Below are positions 45,205-54,007 of a stretch of 64,000 nt of DNA, in pieces. Every line of letters begins with the position of its first letter. The first letter of the stretch is position 1. Below the pieces are notes generated by a model. The model worked only from the letters and a program-made list of their open reading frames with translations, was not told the origin of the DNA and did not search any database. This DNA comes from a virus, in the IMG/VR virus record IMGVR_UViG_3300020378_001929, positions 18,531 through 82,530 of that record. One strand, given 5' to 3'. A program made the position numbers and the translations under genes.

Positions 45205-46078
45205 TCTTTCCGCCTTCGAAGTACCTCAGTTTGTTTGCAACAGGTATTTCGTGTTGAAGGAATTCTTTTTGTCCAGTTCCCATCGTGTTTGTGACACTTC
45301 TCGACTCTCGAACTAGTCTTGTGAGTTCAGGAGATTCAATAGAGGCAGACTGATCTGACCCATACATATTTCTATCGAGAGTAATGTGTCTCTCCAGCGC
45401 GACTGCGCCGAGAGACACCGCCAACAGTGAAGGTAAGATTCCCTCTTCGTGACCACTGTACCCCACAGGGCAACCATACCTTTCTCTCAAGGTTCCAATT
45501 AAATTGATATTACAATCTTCATCTTTGCATGGATACGTCGAAACGCAATGAAATAGAGTAAATGGACAATTTGAGTCTCTAAAAATCTTAACTGCTTCAT
45601 CAATATCCTTAAAAGTGCTCATACCAGTTGAAATAAAGGTGTGCTTACCCTCTGAAGCGATCTCCTGGAGGAGGTCAGAATGTGTCAACATAGCCGATGC
45701 TACTTTGTTAAACGGTAAATCATACTGTCTCAAGAATTTTTGACTATTGATATCCCAAGCCGAGGCGGACCACAGGATGCCCTTCTCTTTGCAGTAATCT
45801 GCAATTTGGTCGTACTCTTCTTTTCCAAACTCTAGACCCTCCTTTTGATCGCGCTGGGTGGTTCCCCAGGGAGATTGCCTGGCTGATGCTAAGTATTCTT
45901 GGGTGTAAACGACGTCAATGTCTCTTTTTTGAAATTTAACTGCTTGGCACCCAGAATCAACTGCTAGATCAATCAATCTCTTTGTTAATTCTATATCTCC
46001 GTTGTGATTAATGCCGATTTCGGCAATAAAAAATGGCATATTCAAAGTGTCATTATATGGATTGAATCCTTGGCTCAT
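45188..46078 (-). CDS. neuB: NeuB-family nonulosonate synthase, short form lacking the C-terminal SAF/AFP domain
   Basis: 296 aa. IAEIGINHNGD, AVKFQKR, KVAS, ISTGM, HCVSTYP, GYSGHE, ERHITLDR, GSDQSAS. SD AGGAG. Confidence 0.9.
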   Translation of the reverse strand: MSQGFNPYNDTLNMPFFIAEIGINHNGDIELTKRLIDLAVDSGCQAVKFQKRDIDVVYTQEYLASARQSPWGTTQRDQKEGLEFGKEEYDQIADYCKEKGILWSASAWDINSQKFLRQYDLPFNKVASAMLTHSDLLQEIASEGKHTFISTGMSTFKDIDEAVKIFRDSNCPFTLFHCVSTYPCKDEDCNINLIGTLRERYGCPVGYSGHEEGILPSLLAVSLGAVALERHITLDRNMYGSDQSASIESPELTRLVRESRSVTNTMGTGQKEFLQHEIPVANKLRYFEGGKSVSSN

Positions 46079-46105
46079 TGTGTCTCCTGTTTTATTATTA
46101 TATTA

Positions 46106-47080
46106 TTAGTCGGAAAGTTTTTTTGTTATTTCCGAGGACATGTTATGTGGGTATGTTTCCCCTATGTTTTTAAATATAACATTATTTTCTTGAAAATTCA
46201 AGTAATAATCCCAAAAAACTACAGTTTCCCTTCTTTGAAAATCAAAAGTGTAATTTGCAGATATTTTTAGTTTCTTGTCTTTTTCAAAAGCGTGTGGACC
46301 TGCGTGCAGATTCTCAATTTGTTCTGCCGTCCATCCATCCATTCCCACTACTTTAACTTGTTTTGCGCCTAATAAAGACGCTAATGCGACCATTTTAGGG
46401 GCGGCACCGGATGTTAGGAATAATCTCAAATTGAAAAACATTGTTTTGCAATTTTCATCCATAAAACTTTGAACTAAAAATTCGGGTCGCGAAATTGAAG
46501 TATCGATTGCGCAAATGGTGTCATGTTTTTTTATATAAGCACTTAACTCAGCTATTCCCATATGCGTTTCGGCGTTTACATAGAACATGTCCACTTTACA
46601 CTCTAAGAGTTTATCATTTTTATAGAAATGATTGCAAGACCAGGTAAAATCCCTCTCCTCGTTTTCCCAGTCGCAGTACGAAGTTGATGGTCCCCCACCA
46701 ACTACAAGTATTGTGCTGTCCTTGTATTTTTCTAATCCTGGCAACGCCTGATAAAACCCGTCTGGGTCAACGTTTATTTGTTGCTTGGTACTCAAGTGTC
46801 TCGAAAATTTGCTTAGTGACTGTAAACCATATTTTTCATTCGACAAAAAATTATTCCTTGAATCTAAAAAAGAAGCTTCATTTGGGATCTGAGAGTTAAT
46901 ATATGTATCATCAGCGCTGAATATTTTTGGGTTCTTTGTGTCATACCAAACATTATATTTTGGTGTGTGCCCTATCCTTTTAACAAAGTCTTCATACATC
47001 TTCTCTGTTGATATATCTATTGGCTCGCATATCACTTTTCTTTTAGCGTCATATATTTTTAAACATCCTAACCAATTCAT
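46106..47080 (-). CDS. Maf/DUF115 (GT29/GT42-like fold) putative ulosonate transferase
   Basis: 324 aa. ILVVGGGPS, WSCNHFY, TSG, A..LGAKQVKVVGMDG: the Rossmann-like pattern of Maf_flag10 and sialyltransferase-like proteins. Confidence 0.6.
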   Translation of the reverse strand: MNWLGCLKIYDAKRKVICEPIDISTEKMYEDFVKRIGHTPKYNVWYDTKNPKIFSADDTYINSQIPNEASFLDSRNNFLSNEKYGLQSLSKFSRHLSTKQQINVDPDGFYQALPGLEKYKDSTILVVGGGPSTSYCDWENEERDFTWSCNHFYKNDKLLECKVDMFYVNAETHMGIAELSAYIKKHDTICAIDTSISRPEFLVQSFMDENCKTMFFNLRLFLTSGAAPKMVALASLLGAKQVKVVGMDGWTAEQIENLHAGPHAFEKDKKLKISANYTFDFQRRETVVFWDYYLNFQENNVIFKNIGETYPHNMSSEITKKLSD

Positions 47081-48756
47081 TTCTTTTCCACCATATAATC
47101 ACCAACAACTAAAACGTCTATGTTTGTATTTTGAAAGCAGGCGTATGCGTCCTCAGCGCTATTCACTATTGGCTGACCTTTAACATTGAAGGACGTATTC
47201 AACAATATTGGATAACCAGTAAGTTTTTTAAACTCTTTTATTAGGTCTCGAAATTTAGGATTAAGGTCACCGACTGTTTGAACTCTTGCCGAGTTGTCCA
47301 CGTGGACTACTGCTGCTATATCTTCTGCTTTATCTGCTACAGCCTGCACAGCCATGAGCATGTGCGGAGATTCTTGCTCAATATCAAACCAGGTGGATGC
47401 ATCTTCTTCTAGTACCGCAGGTGCAAAGGGTCTAAACGGCTCTCTGAACTTAACTCTTGCGTTAACGTGATCCTTTATACTAGCTGGTGCTGGACGGGAG
47501 AGTATGCTTCTGTTTCCCAAGGCGCGTGGACCGAACTCGGCTGGACCTTGGTGCCAGCCTATAATTTTTCCCTGCTCTAAGTGTTTTGCAACTTTTGAGA
47601 GATCTTGGTTTAATTTTATAAACTTTATACCATTTTTTAGAAAGTACTTTTCCACATCTTCATCGGTTTGTCTGTGTCCTAGGTAAAAATTGTGCTCTTT
47701 TACTGGTTTTAAATCTTTGTTTATTTTCTTTGCAGATAGATAACAGGCACCTATTGATAAGCCGTTGTCCCCGGATCCGGGTTGTACAAATATTTCTTCA
47801 AAAATTTTACTCTTCAGTATTTTCCCGTTTAAAGAACAATTTAGACCCACTCCGCCTGCGATACACAATTTTTTATAGCCATATCTATTGTAGGCTTTTT
47901 TTAGCATCCCTATAACAACCTCTTCTAGTCTATCCTGCAAGCCGGCTGCGATGTCTTTGTGATTTTGAGTTATTTCGTCTTTCCATTCTCTTTTTGGTCC
48001 AAAAGCGGAAATAAATTTATCACTTACAAATTTGCTCCTAACTTCATGAAATGCAATCCAATCTGTATTTATTTTTATATCGAAGTCGTTTTCAACCTTT
48101 ATGATATTTCTAAATACATCCAAATAAGTAACTGGTTTATTTTCAACTTTCACAGTATTAGAAGAATCTCCTAATGGAGCCAAACCCATAACGATCCCCT
48201 CATCATACATAGGTTTCCAACCTAGATAATAAGTTATTGAGGAGTATACCAAACCTAGAGAGTTTGGCCATGGGTTTCCGGGGTGCAGAACTTCTATATC
48301 TCCGTCTTTACCTGACGCGAACATAGAGCACATCTTCTCTCCTACTCCGTCGTTACTCATAAGCAAACTCTCACTAAAACCACTGGGGTAGTAAGCACTT
48401 GCAATATGAGCCATGTGATGAGGGTGGAATTCAACTTTTCCAGAATAACCCACTTCATCTAAAAGCTTCTTGCAAAAAACCGCCTCTGTTGGCAAGTCTC
48501 GTCTCATTTTTCGAATTGGTCCATGGTGATTCAAGAGAAGTTCTGGCTTGTATGCAAAACTGGCAACCGTTACATCCTCTATTTTTAAGCCCGCTATAGA
48601 TAAACAATCCTTTATTGCGTTCGTTGGAAATGCTCTTGTGTGCTTTTCTCCTATATATCTCTCTTCTTCGCATGCTGCAATGAGTTTGCCTTCTATCATA
48701 ATGGCTGCTGACGTGTCATGACCGCCCCAATTAATACCTAAAATAATGCTTTTCAT
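47077..48756 (-). CDS. O-carbamoyltransferase (NodU/CmcH/TobZ family)
   Basis: 559 aa. HDTSAA, EEER, HHMAHIASAY, DGVGE, SLG..Y, EGIVMGLAP, AGGVGLNC, EFGPRALGNRSIL, KFREPFRPFAP, HVDNSARVQTV, LNTSFN. Confidence 0.95.
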   Translation of the reverse strand: MKSIILGINWGGHDTSAAIMIEGKLIAACEEERYIGEKHTRAFPTNAIKDCLSIAGLKIEDVTVASFAYKPELLLNHHGPIRKMRRDLPTEAVFCKKLLDEVGYSGKVEFHPHHMAHIASAYYPSGFSESLLMSNDGVGEKMCSMFASGKDGDIEVLHPGNPWPNSLGLVYSSITYYLGWKPMYDEGIVMGLAPLGDSSNTVKVENKPVTYLDVFRNIIKVENDFDIKINTDWIAFHEVRSKFVSDKFISAFGPKREWKDEITQNHKDIAAGLQDRLEEVVIGMLKKAYNRYGYKKLCIAGGVGLNCSLNGKILKSKIFEEIFVQPGSGDNGLSIGACYLSAKKINKDLKPVKEHNFYLGHRQTDEDVEKYFLKNGIKFIKLNQDLSKVAKHLEQGKIIGWHQGPAEFGPRALGNRSILSRPAPASIKDHVNARVKFREPFRPFAPAVLEEDASTWFDIEQESPHMLMAVQAVADKAEDIAAVVHVDNSARVQTVGDLNPKFRDLIKEFKKLTGYPILLNTSFNVKGQPIVNSAEDAYACFQNTNIDVLVVGDYMVEKK

Positions 48757-48757
48757 A

Positions 48758-49570
48758 TTATAACTCTCTAGTTTCTAGTACCTTACTTAAAAGTGTCTCT
48801 TTTGGATTTGAGGCGCTGAAGATCTTCATTTGATGTAAGTTTTCCCAGTTTTTCCACATCTTTATTATACCCAATGGTATTTGAATTACTTCTCCTTTTT
48901 GTGTTTGATCATTCCAAGGATGGCGAGCGTCGTCGCTGTAGAACCTGGGTCCGAACATATCAAATCCAACAACATATAATTCAGACGCCCTCAAATAAGA
49001 ACACACTGGAAAAACAGCAGAACTTAATTTGTTCTCTAGGCCCCATTTGAATTGTGTTCCAACAACTTGTTCAGAATCGAAAGGGATAGATCCTATTATT
49101 ACTTTTTCGTGCATAAATCTATAAAATGGATTTTCTCCAAATATAGAACCGGGAAGTGGTTTTTTTTGTTTTGATAAAAACTTTGTTGTTGTTATTGGAA
49201 GTATTTCTAAACTGCAGTAGTTCTTAACTTGCTCCAATAAGTCCTGCAAAACTTGCCAACCGTCTTTTTCTCTCAAAAGAGGAGAAGTTCCAAAATAAGC
49301 TCTAAATGTAGCAGTGTTTGTCGTAAAAATATCAGGAACCAGTATTTTTGTCTTAAGCTGTTTTTTTTGTTCTATGATATACTTCATACCCTCTAGAAAA
49401 GCGTACGGATCCGCTGCTGTCCAGTAATCTGGTTCGATATCGAACATTTGCATGCAATGAGGAAAAGTGCGCTGAAATGCTAAAACGCTATAGTTTTCTT
49501 GTCTCTCTTTTATGTCTGATGACATTGTTTTCAGAGAATGTCCAGGTCCTAAAACCAATAACTTTTTCAT
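48758..49570 (-). CDS. Maf/DUF115-like putative ulosonate transferase
   Basis: Start re-called at ATG 49570 (ATGA overlap). LLVLGPGHSL, PDYWTAADP, YL.ASELYVVGFDM...FY. Confidence 0.55.
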   Translation of the reverse strand: MKKLLVLGPGHSLKTMSSDIKERQENYSVLAFQRTFPHCMQMFDIEPDYWTAADPYAFLEGMKYIIEQKKQLKTKILVPDIFTTNTATFRAYFGTSPLLREKDGWQVLQDLLEQVKNYCSLEILPITTTKFLSKQKKPLPGSIFGENPFYRFMHEKVIIGSIPFDSEQVVGTQFKWGLENKLSSAVFPVCSYLRASELYVVGFDMFGPRFYSDDARHPWNDQTQKGEVIQIPLGIIKMWKNWENLHQMKIFSASNPKETLLSKVLETREL

Positions 49571-50253
49571 TGGTGAAAACCCCCTTGATATAAGGTATTG
49601 CACATCTCAAACTGCCATTCATGATCAATGTCTAAGCATTCCCGCTCATCAATTTCCCAAAAAATTACGTCACCTTGTTTAGTCAAATCTCCCATCCATC
49701 GATTGTTTCCTATATCCTGAAGTAAACCTGCATACAAAACATGTGCAGCCTCATAAACAAATGAAGCTTCCTTTGTGTTCATAGATGATCCGACCTCTGT
49801 AAGAATCTTTCCATCCGGAGACCAAAAGTAATTGTTTTTCTTAATAACGGCAAACAAGCCATTTCTCTCTTCTTTTAGATGTAAATAATCACTAAAGAAT
49901 CGTTCTATTGTTTCTACTTTCAAAAAAGGACAACATGCATTTATCATTACAACATTCTTAAACGGTATTTTATCCCACCATTCGAAAACCTCACTTATTG
50001 GATGACCTTCCGACATGGCAGACTTTTTACTTCTTTTAAAAATATTAAACGGATATTTTTTGCCGATAGACAAAAGTTCTGGCTCATGTACTGCTAGATA
50101 AATATTTTTGTTTGGTATATTACTCTTTTCCAATTTCTTCAGTAATACATCCATTAGTGTGCTGTTAGCAAAGGGTCGGACCATCTTTCCAGGACATCGA
50201 GTAGAACTTAATCTTGCTTGAACAATAACACAAACTTCTTCACTTAATTTCAT
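49567..50253 (-). CDS. Cytidylyltransferase (CMP-ulosonate synthetase) 3, in the PseF position
   Basis: 228 aa. IVQARLSSTRCPGKMVRPF, NACCPF, LDIDHEWQF. Follows the pseB-pseC-pseI-formyltransferase run. Confidence 0.8.
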   Translation of the reverse strand: MKLSEEVCVIVQARLSSTRCPGKMVRPFANSTLMDVLLKKLEKSNIPNKNIYLAVHEPELLSIGKKYPFNIFKRSKKSAMSEGHPISEVFEWWDKIPFKNVVMINACCPFLKVETIERFFSDYLHLKEERNGLFAVIKKNNYFWSPDGKILTEVGSSMNTKEASFVYEAAHVLYAGLLQDIGNNRWMGDLTKQGDVIFWEIDERECLDIDHEWQFEMCNTLYQGGFHQ

Positions 50254-50265
50254 AATTTTATTTTA

Positions 50266-51018
50266 CTACTCGCGAGACAGGATTTCAAACAATTCTGATA
50301 TCTTTTGATCGTGAGAATTTATATTTTTCAAAATTTTCTTTGTTTGTTGTGGGTTTTCTTTTATTGCAATACGAAGTAGATCCATCCAATTTACGTTGTT
50401 CTTTGTTCGAACACTCTCTATTTCATCTATAATTTTCAGATCTGCCGCTGTTCTTAGGTTTTCTATTTTTTTCACTTTTGTACTCCATTTGTCTTTCATA
50501 TTTTTGAATAATGATTCAAATTCTTTATGTCGGTGGGTTGTCGCTTTACTTTCATTTTGCTTTACTGGGGTGTAGTTTCCTCTTTTTATTGATTCCCACT
50601 TACTGATGAAAAGACTTGTCGCTTCTTGCTTTAATCTATCATAAGTTTTTTTAAGGTCATCTTCTTCCTTCGAAAAAACAATTTTTTTCTGATATATAAT
50701 ATCTCCTGTATCTAAACCTTCATCTACCTCGTGTATGGTTACTCCTTTTGGGGTATTGTCGTAGAAACTCCAAAAGTTAGGATCACTGCCCCGGTTCCAT
50801 GGTAAGTAAGATATATGGATGTTTATTGTTCTAAACCTAGAGAATATTTCTTTTTTTATGAGGTGACGATAGCCATAGCTAACAATTAAGTCTGGTTCTG
50901 AATTTTTTAAATTTATTGGACCGACTTCGTAGGTTACGTCACAACCTTCTTTGATAAACAGAGTGTCGAGGTTTGGATCCCGGGGTCCCAAGTATAGCAC
51001 TTTAAATTGTTTATTCAA
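50266..51018 (-). CDS. Sugar N-formyltransferase with an extra C-terminal helical domain
   Basis: 250 aa. SYGYRHLI, INIHISYLPWNRG.DPNFWS, GVTIHEVDEGLDTGDII (Fmt/PurN fold), plus a ~60-aa tail IIDEIESVRTKNNVNWMDLLRIA. Confidence 0.85.
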   Translation of the reverse strand: MNKQFKVLYLGPRDPNLDTLFIKEGCDVTYEVGPINLKNSEPDLIVSYGYRHLIKKEIFSRFRTINIHISYLPWNRGSDPNFWSFYDNTPKGVTIHEVDEGLDTGDIIYQKKIVFSKEEDDLKKTYDRLKQEATSLFISKWESIKRGNYTPVKQNESKATTHRHKEFESLFKNMKDKWSTKVKKIENLRTAADLKIIDEIESVRTKNNVNWMDLLRIAIKENPQQTKKILKNINSHDQKISELFEILSRE

Positions 51019-52009
51019 TATCTTTTTCCGTTACAAAATCATCGAAAGCAATTTTTTTGTTAGCAATGGCGCCTAAAGTGCTATAGTATTTTGAAGCATG
51101 AATGTTACCATCTAAGAATGGTCTTTTTGTAGTGGTGTTACTTTGTGTTAATATCTCGCCCTTCTCAACATTTCGAGTTGTGACGACTGACCTCATAGCT
51201 TTAGAAAATCGACTTTCACTGTCAGTTAACATGCTTTCGGTATCTTTACACATCTTTTCTGATAATCTTATATTTTTTATCATAACGTTAAGCTCTTCTG
51301 GTTCAAGCGCGAAGGGATGATCCGGACCATAAAGTCTTTTGGAGATTGTATAGTGTTTCTCTATACAGGTGGCACCTTTAGCAACCGCCAATGAGGGCGC
51401 TAATATGCCCTCTGTGTGATCTGAAAGTCCAACTTTAATGTCTTCATACATTTCCTTGATGGACTCTATTCTATTTAGGTTTATGTCCTTATCAGGAGTT
51501 GGGTAGGCATTGTTGCAGTGCAATATTGTTATGTCTGGATTTTTTTGTTCTTCTGATACCCACTGTATGATATCTCCTATTGACAAAAGGTTGTTTCCTA
51601 TTCCTGCGGAGGCAATAATCGGCAGACCTGCGGAGGCTACCATCTTCACAAATCTAGGGTCAGTAGACTCAAAGCCTGCGATCTTTAGCCTCTTAACTCC
51701 CAGTGACACCAACTCTTCAACTGCTGCTTCATCAAATGGTGTAGACATAAACTCGATCCCATTATCATCGCAATACATCTTCAAGTCTTTTTGCCAGGTT
51801 CTGGGTAATTCAATTTCTTTTATTAGTTTGTTTATGTTTTTATATCCAGCGAAGTCCGGAGTATTTTTCGAATAAAGGGTTTCTGATGAATATGTTTGGA
51901 ATTTAACTGCGTTTGCGCCGGCGCCCACTGCAATGTCTATTAAGATTTTTGCCTGTTTAAAATCTCTATTGTGATTGGCGCCTGCTTCTGCTATGACGAA
52001 TACACTCAT
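51011..52009 (-). CDS. pseI: Pseudaminic acid synthase-like NeuB-family enzyme with SAF domain
   Basis: 332 aa. IAEAGANHN, AVKFQTY, STPFD, HCNNAYP, GLSDHT, IEKHYT, GPDHPFALEP, C-terminal RSVV...KRP. Context with pseB and pseC. Confidence 0.8.
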   Translation of the reverse strand: MSVFVIAEAGANHNRDFKQAKILIDIAVGAGANAVKFQTYSSETLYSKNTPDFAGYKNINKLIKEIELPRTWQKDLKMYCDDNGIEFMSTPFDEAAVEELVSLGVKRLKIAGFESTDPRFVKMVASAGLPIIASAGIGNNLLSIGDIIQWVSEEQKNPDITILHCNNAYPTPDKDINLNRIESIKEMYEDIKVGLSDHTEGILAPSLAVAKGATCIEKHYTISKRLYGPDHPFALEPEELNVMIKNIRLSEKMCKDTESMLTDSESRFSKAMRSVVTTRNVEKGEILTQSNTTTKRPFLDGNIHASKYYSTLGAIANKKIAFDDFVTEKDIE

Positions 52010-53042
52010 GTGATATCTTCTCCATATCTTCTAAAGAAAGGTTTTGGTGTATTGGAAGGTTTATGATCCTATCTTTCAAAGAATCTAAAACAGGCAGGTT
52101 GATACTCTGCCTGTAATACGTAGTTTCATGCAAGAAAGGATAATGAAAACTAGTTTGAATGCCTCTTTTGAGTAACTCTTCTCTCATTATAACAGAAGAA
52201 AATCCCTTATTTAAGATTAATGACGATAAATAATATGAAGATGATGCGTCGTGTACAGCGAGATACCCCACTTCTTTTGGTATATTGTTTTGTAAAAAAG
52301 TAAAATTATTTTTTCTTTTTTGTGCATTTGATTGGCATCGATCGAGCTGTGATAGCCCCAATGATGCATTTAAGTTGTTCATGTAAAAATTAAATCCTGA
52401 TTGACTTAAGTCATAAGAATCTCCTATTACTTTTCTTCCAAAATTTCTTCCTGAAAACATATATTTTGCTGCGGCGGGGCAATCTGTGGATAAAAGTCCT
52501 CCGTTACTCATACAAACTGGCTTTACAGGGTGAAAAGAATAAAAAGCATAGTCGTGTTTCATCAAGGGACTTATACAGTGTGCCGAATCAAGTATAATAA
52601 TGCAGCTGTTTTCTTGACAAAAGGACTCTAGACCCGGGATGTCACTAACTCCGCCATACAACACAGGCATGACAATGTTGGGCTTGTCATCCTTAATAAT
52701 ACTATTCTTCAAAGATTCGACCGACATCAATAGGTTTTCATCAACATCTGTGAAAACTACTTCATGATTGTTTTTCATGGCGGCAAAAACAGGAGACACA
52801 AAGCCGAGAGATGGAGTGTAAACGCGGCAAGGTCCTAGCGACTCGTAAAGGTATTGATATAACAAGTAAGCCGCGGAGGAGGCGGAATTGAAACCTACAT
52901 TGTATTCTTTATTAGAAAAGGAAGAATACCTATCCTCAAATTTACTAACATTTGGTCCAAAAGCAAGAATTTTAGAGCTTAACGTTTCTAATACCCTCTC
53001 TTTATCATCAGTGGAAATATCAGAATCGAAGCAACTAATCAT
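51966..53042 (-). CDS. pseC: DegT/DnrJ/PseC PLP-dependent sugar aminotransferase
   Basis: 358 aa. GPNVSKFE, ILDSAH, YSFHPVK (PLP lysine), GFNFYM, LGLSQL, LPIH. Confidence 0.8.
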   Translation of the reverse strand: MISCFDSDISTDDKERVLETLSSKILAFGPNVSKFEDRYSSFSNKEYNVGFNSASSAAYLLYQYLYESLGPCRVYTPSLGFVSPVFAAMKNNHEVVFTDVDENLLMSVESLKNSIIKDDKPNIVMPVLYGGVSDIPGLESFCQENSCIIILDSAHCISPLMKHDYAFYSFHPVKPVCMSNGGLLSTDCPAAAKYMFSGRNFGRKVIGDSYDLSQSGFNFYMNNLNASLGLSQLDRCQSNAQKRKNNFTFLQNNIPKEVGYLAVHDASSSYYLSSLILNKGFSSVIMREELLKRGIQTSFHYPFLHETTYYRQSINLPVLDSLKDRIINLPIHQNLSLEDMEKISHECIRHSRSRRQSQ

Positions 53043-54007
53043 TCCGTCTCTTTTGATCCTCGCAAAATAAGCGATGTTAAAGACCCAATATCATTACTTA
53101 CGTGCAATGAAGAGTTAAAATGGGGTCCATTATATCTTTGCCAAATCGTATTATGCTCTCTTTCTGTGTACTGTGGTCTGACACAAAGAAGGTTTATATC
53201 TGGCACCTTGTAGGTAAATGGCAACTCAGTCTCTGCTAACATATCTTCATGTAGTTTTTCACCAGGTCTGAGACCTATTATCTGATGGGAAAAAGGTTCT
53301 CCGTGTATTACTTCAATTGCTTTTAAAATAGTTTTCATATCATATGAATTAATTTGAGGGATGAAAACTTCTCCACCTTCACAATGATTCACGGCGCCGA
53401 GAACAGTGTCTACCGCATCCTCTAAAGTAAACAGAAATCTTGTCATATCCAAGGAAGTAACCTTTATGTCCTCTCTATTTTTTAATAACCCTAACCAAAG
53501 AGGAATAAAGGACCCTCGTGAGGCGATGACGTTCCCATACCTAACTGATGAGAAGATTGTTGATGTTGAGTCATAGTCATGATTCGTAAACAATCTTTCT
53601 GCAATAAACTTGGATGAGCCATACACATTTACTGGTTGGCATGCTTTGTCTGTGGATATGAGTACACACTTCTTAACACCTGCTAGCAGGCATGCTTTGG
53701 CTACATTATCAGATCCGTGAATGTTTGTTTTTATACATTCGTCAGGGTGTATCTCCATATCGTCTATTCTTTTTAATGCAGCGGTATGGATCACAATATC
53801 TGGTTTTTCCTTCTTTATTGAAACATAAACCTTATCGTAATCCCTGACATCGCCTATAATGCATTTAACTAAATTATCTGATCCGAAAGCTAATGCTTGC
53901 TTACCCTCGTCTCTAGAGTATACAACCACTTTGTGACCTTGTTTTTTAAGTCTTTTTACCAAGGCTTTACCAAGAGATCCAGTTCCACCAGTAATAAAAT
54001 ATTTCAT
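53039..54007 (-). CDS. pseB: UDP-GlcNAc 4,6-dehydratase (PseB/FlaA1-type)
   Basis: 322 aa. ITGGTGSLG, YSRDE.KQ, GDVRD, HTAALK, STDKA, YGSSK, VRYGNVIASRGS, MTRF, GLRPGEKLHE. Soluble short form. Confidence 0.85.
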   Translation of the reverse strand: MKYFITGGTGSLGKALVKRLKKQGHKVVVYSRDEGKQALAFGSDNLVKCIIGDVRDYDKVYVSIKKEKPDIVIHTAALKRIDDMEIHPDECIKTNIHGSDNVAKACLLAGVKKCVLISTDKACQPVNVYGSSKFIAERLFTNHDYDSTSTIFSSVRYGNVIASRGSFIPLWLGLLKNREDIKVTSLDMTRFLFTLEDAVDTVLGAVNHCEGGEVFIPQINSYDMKTILKAIEVIHGEPFSHQIIGLRPGEKLHEDMLAETELPFTYKVPDINLLCVRPQYTEREHNTIWQRYNGPHFNSSLHVSNDIGSLTSLILRGSKETE

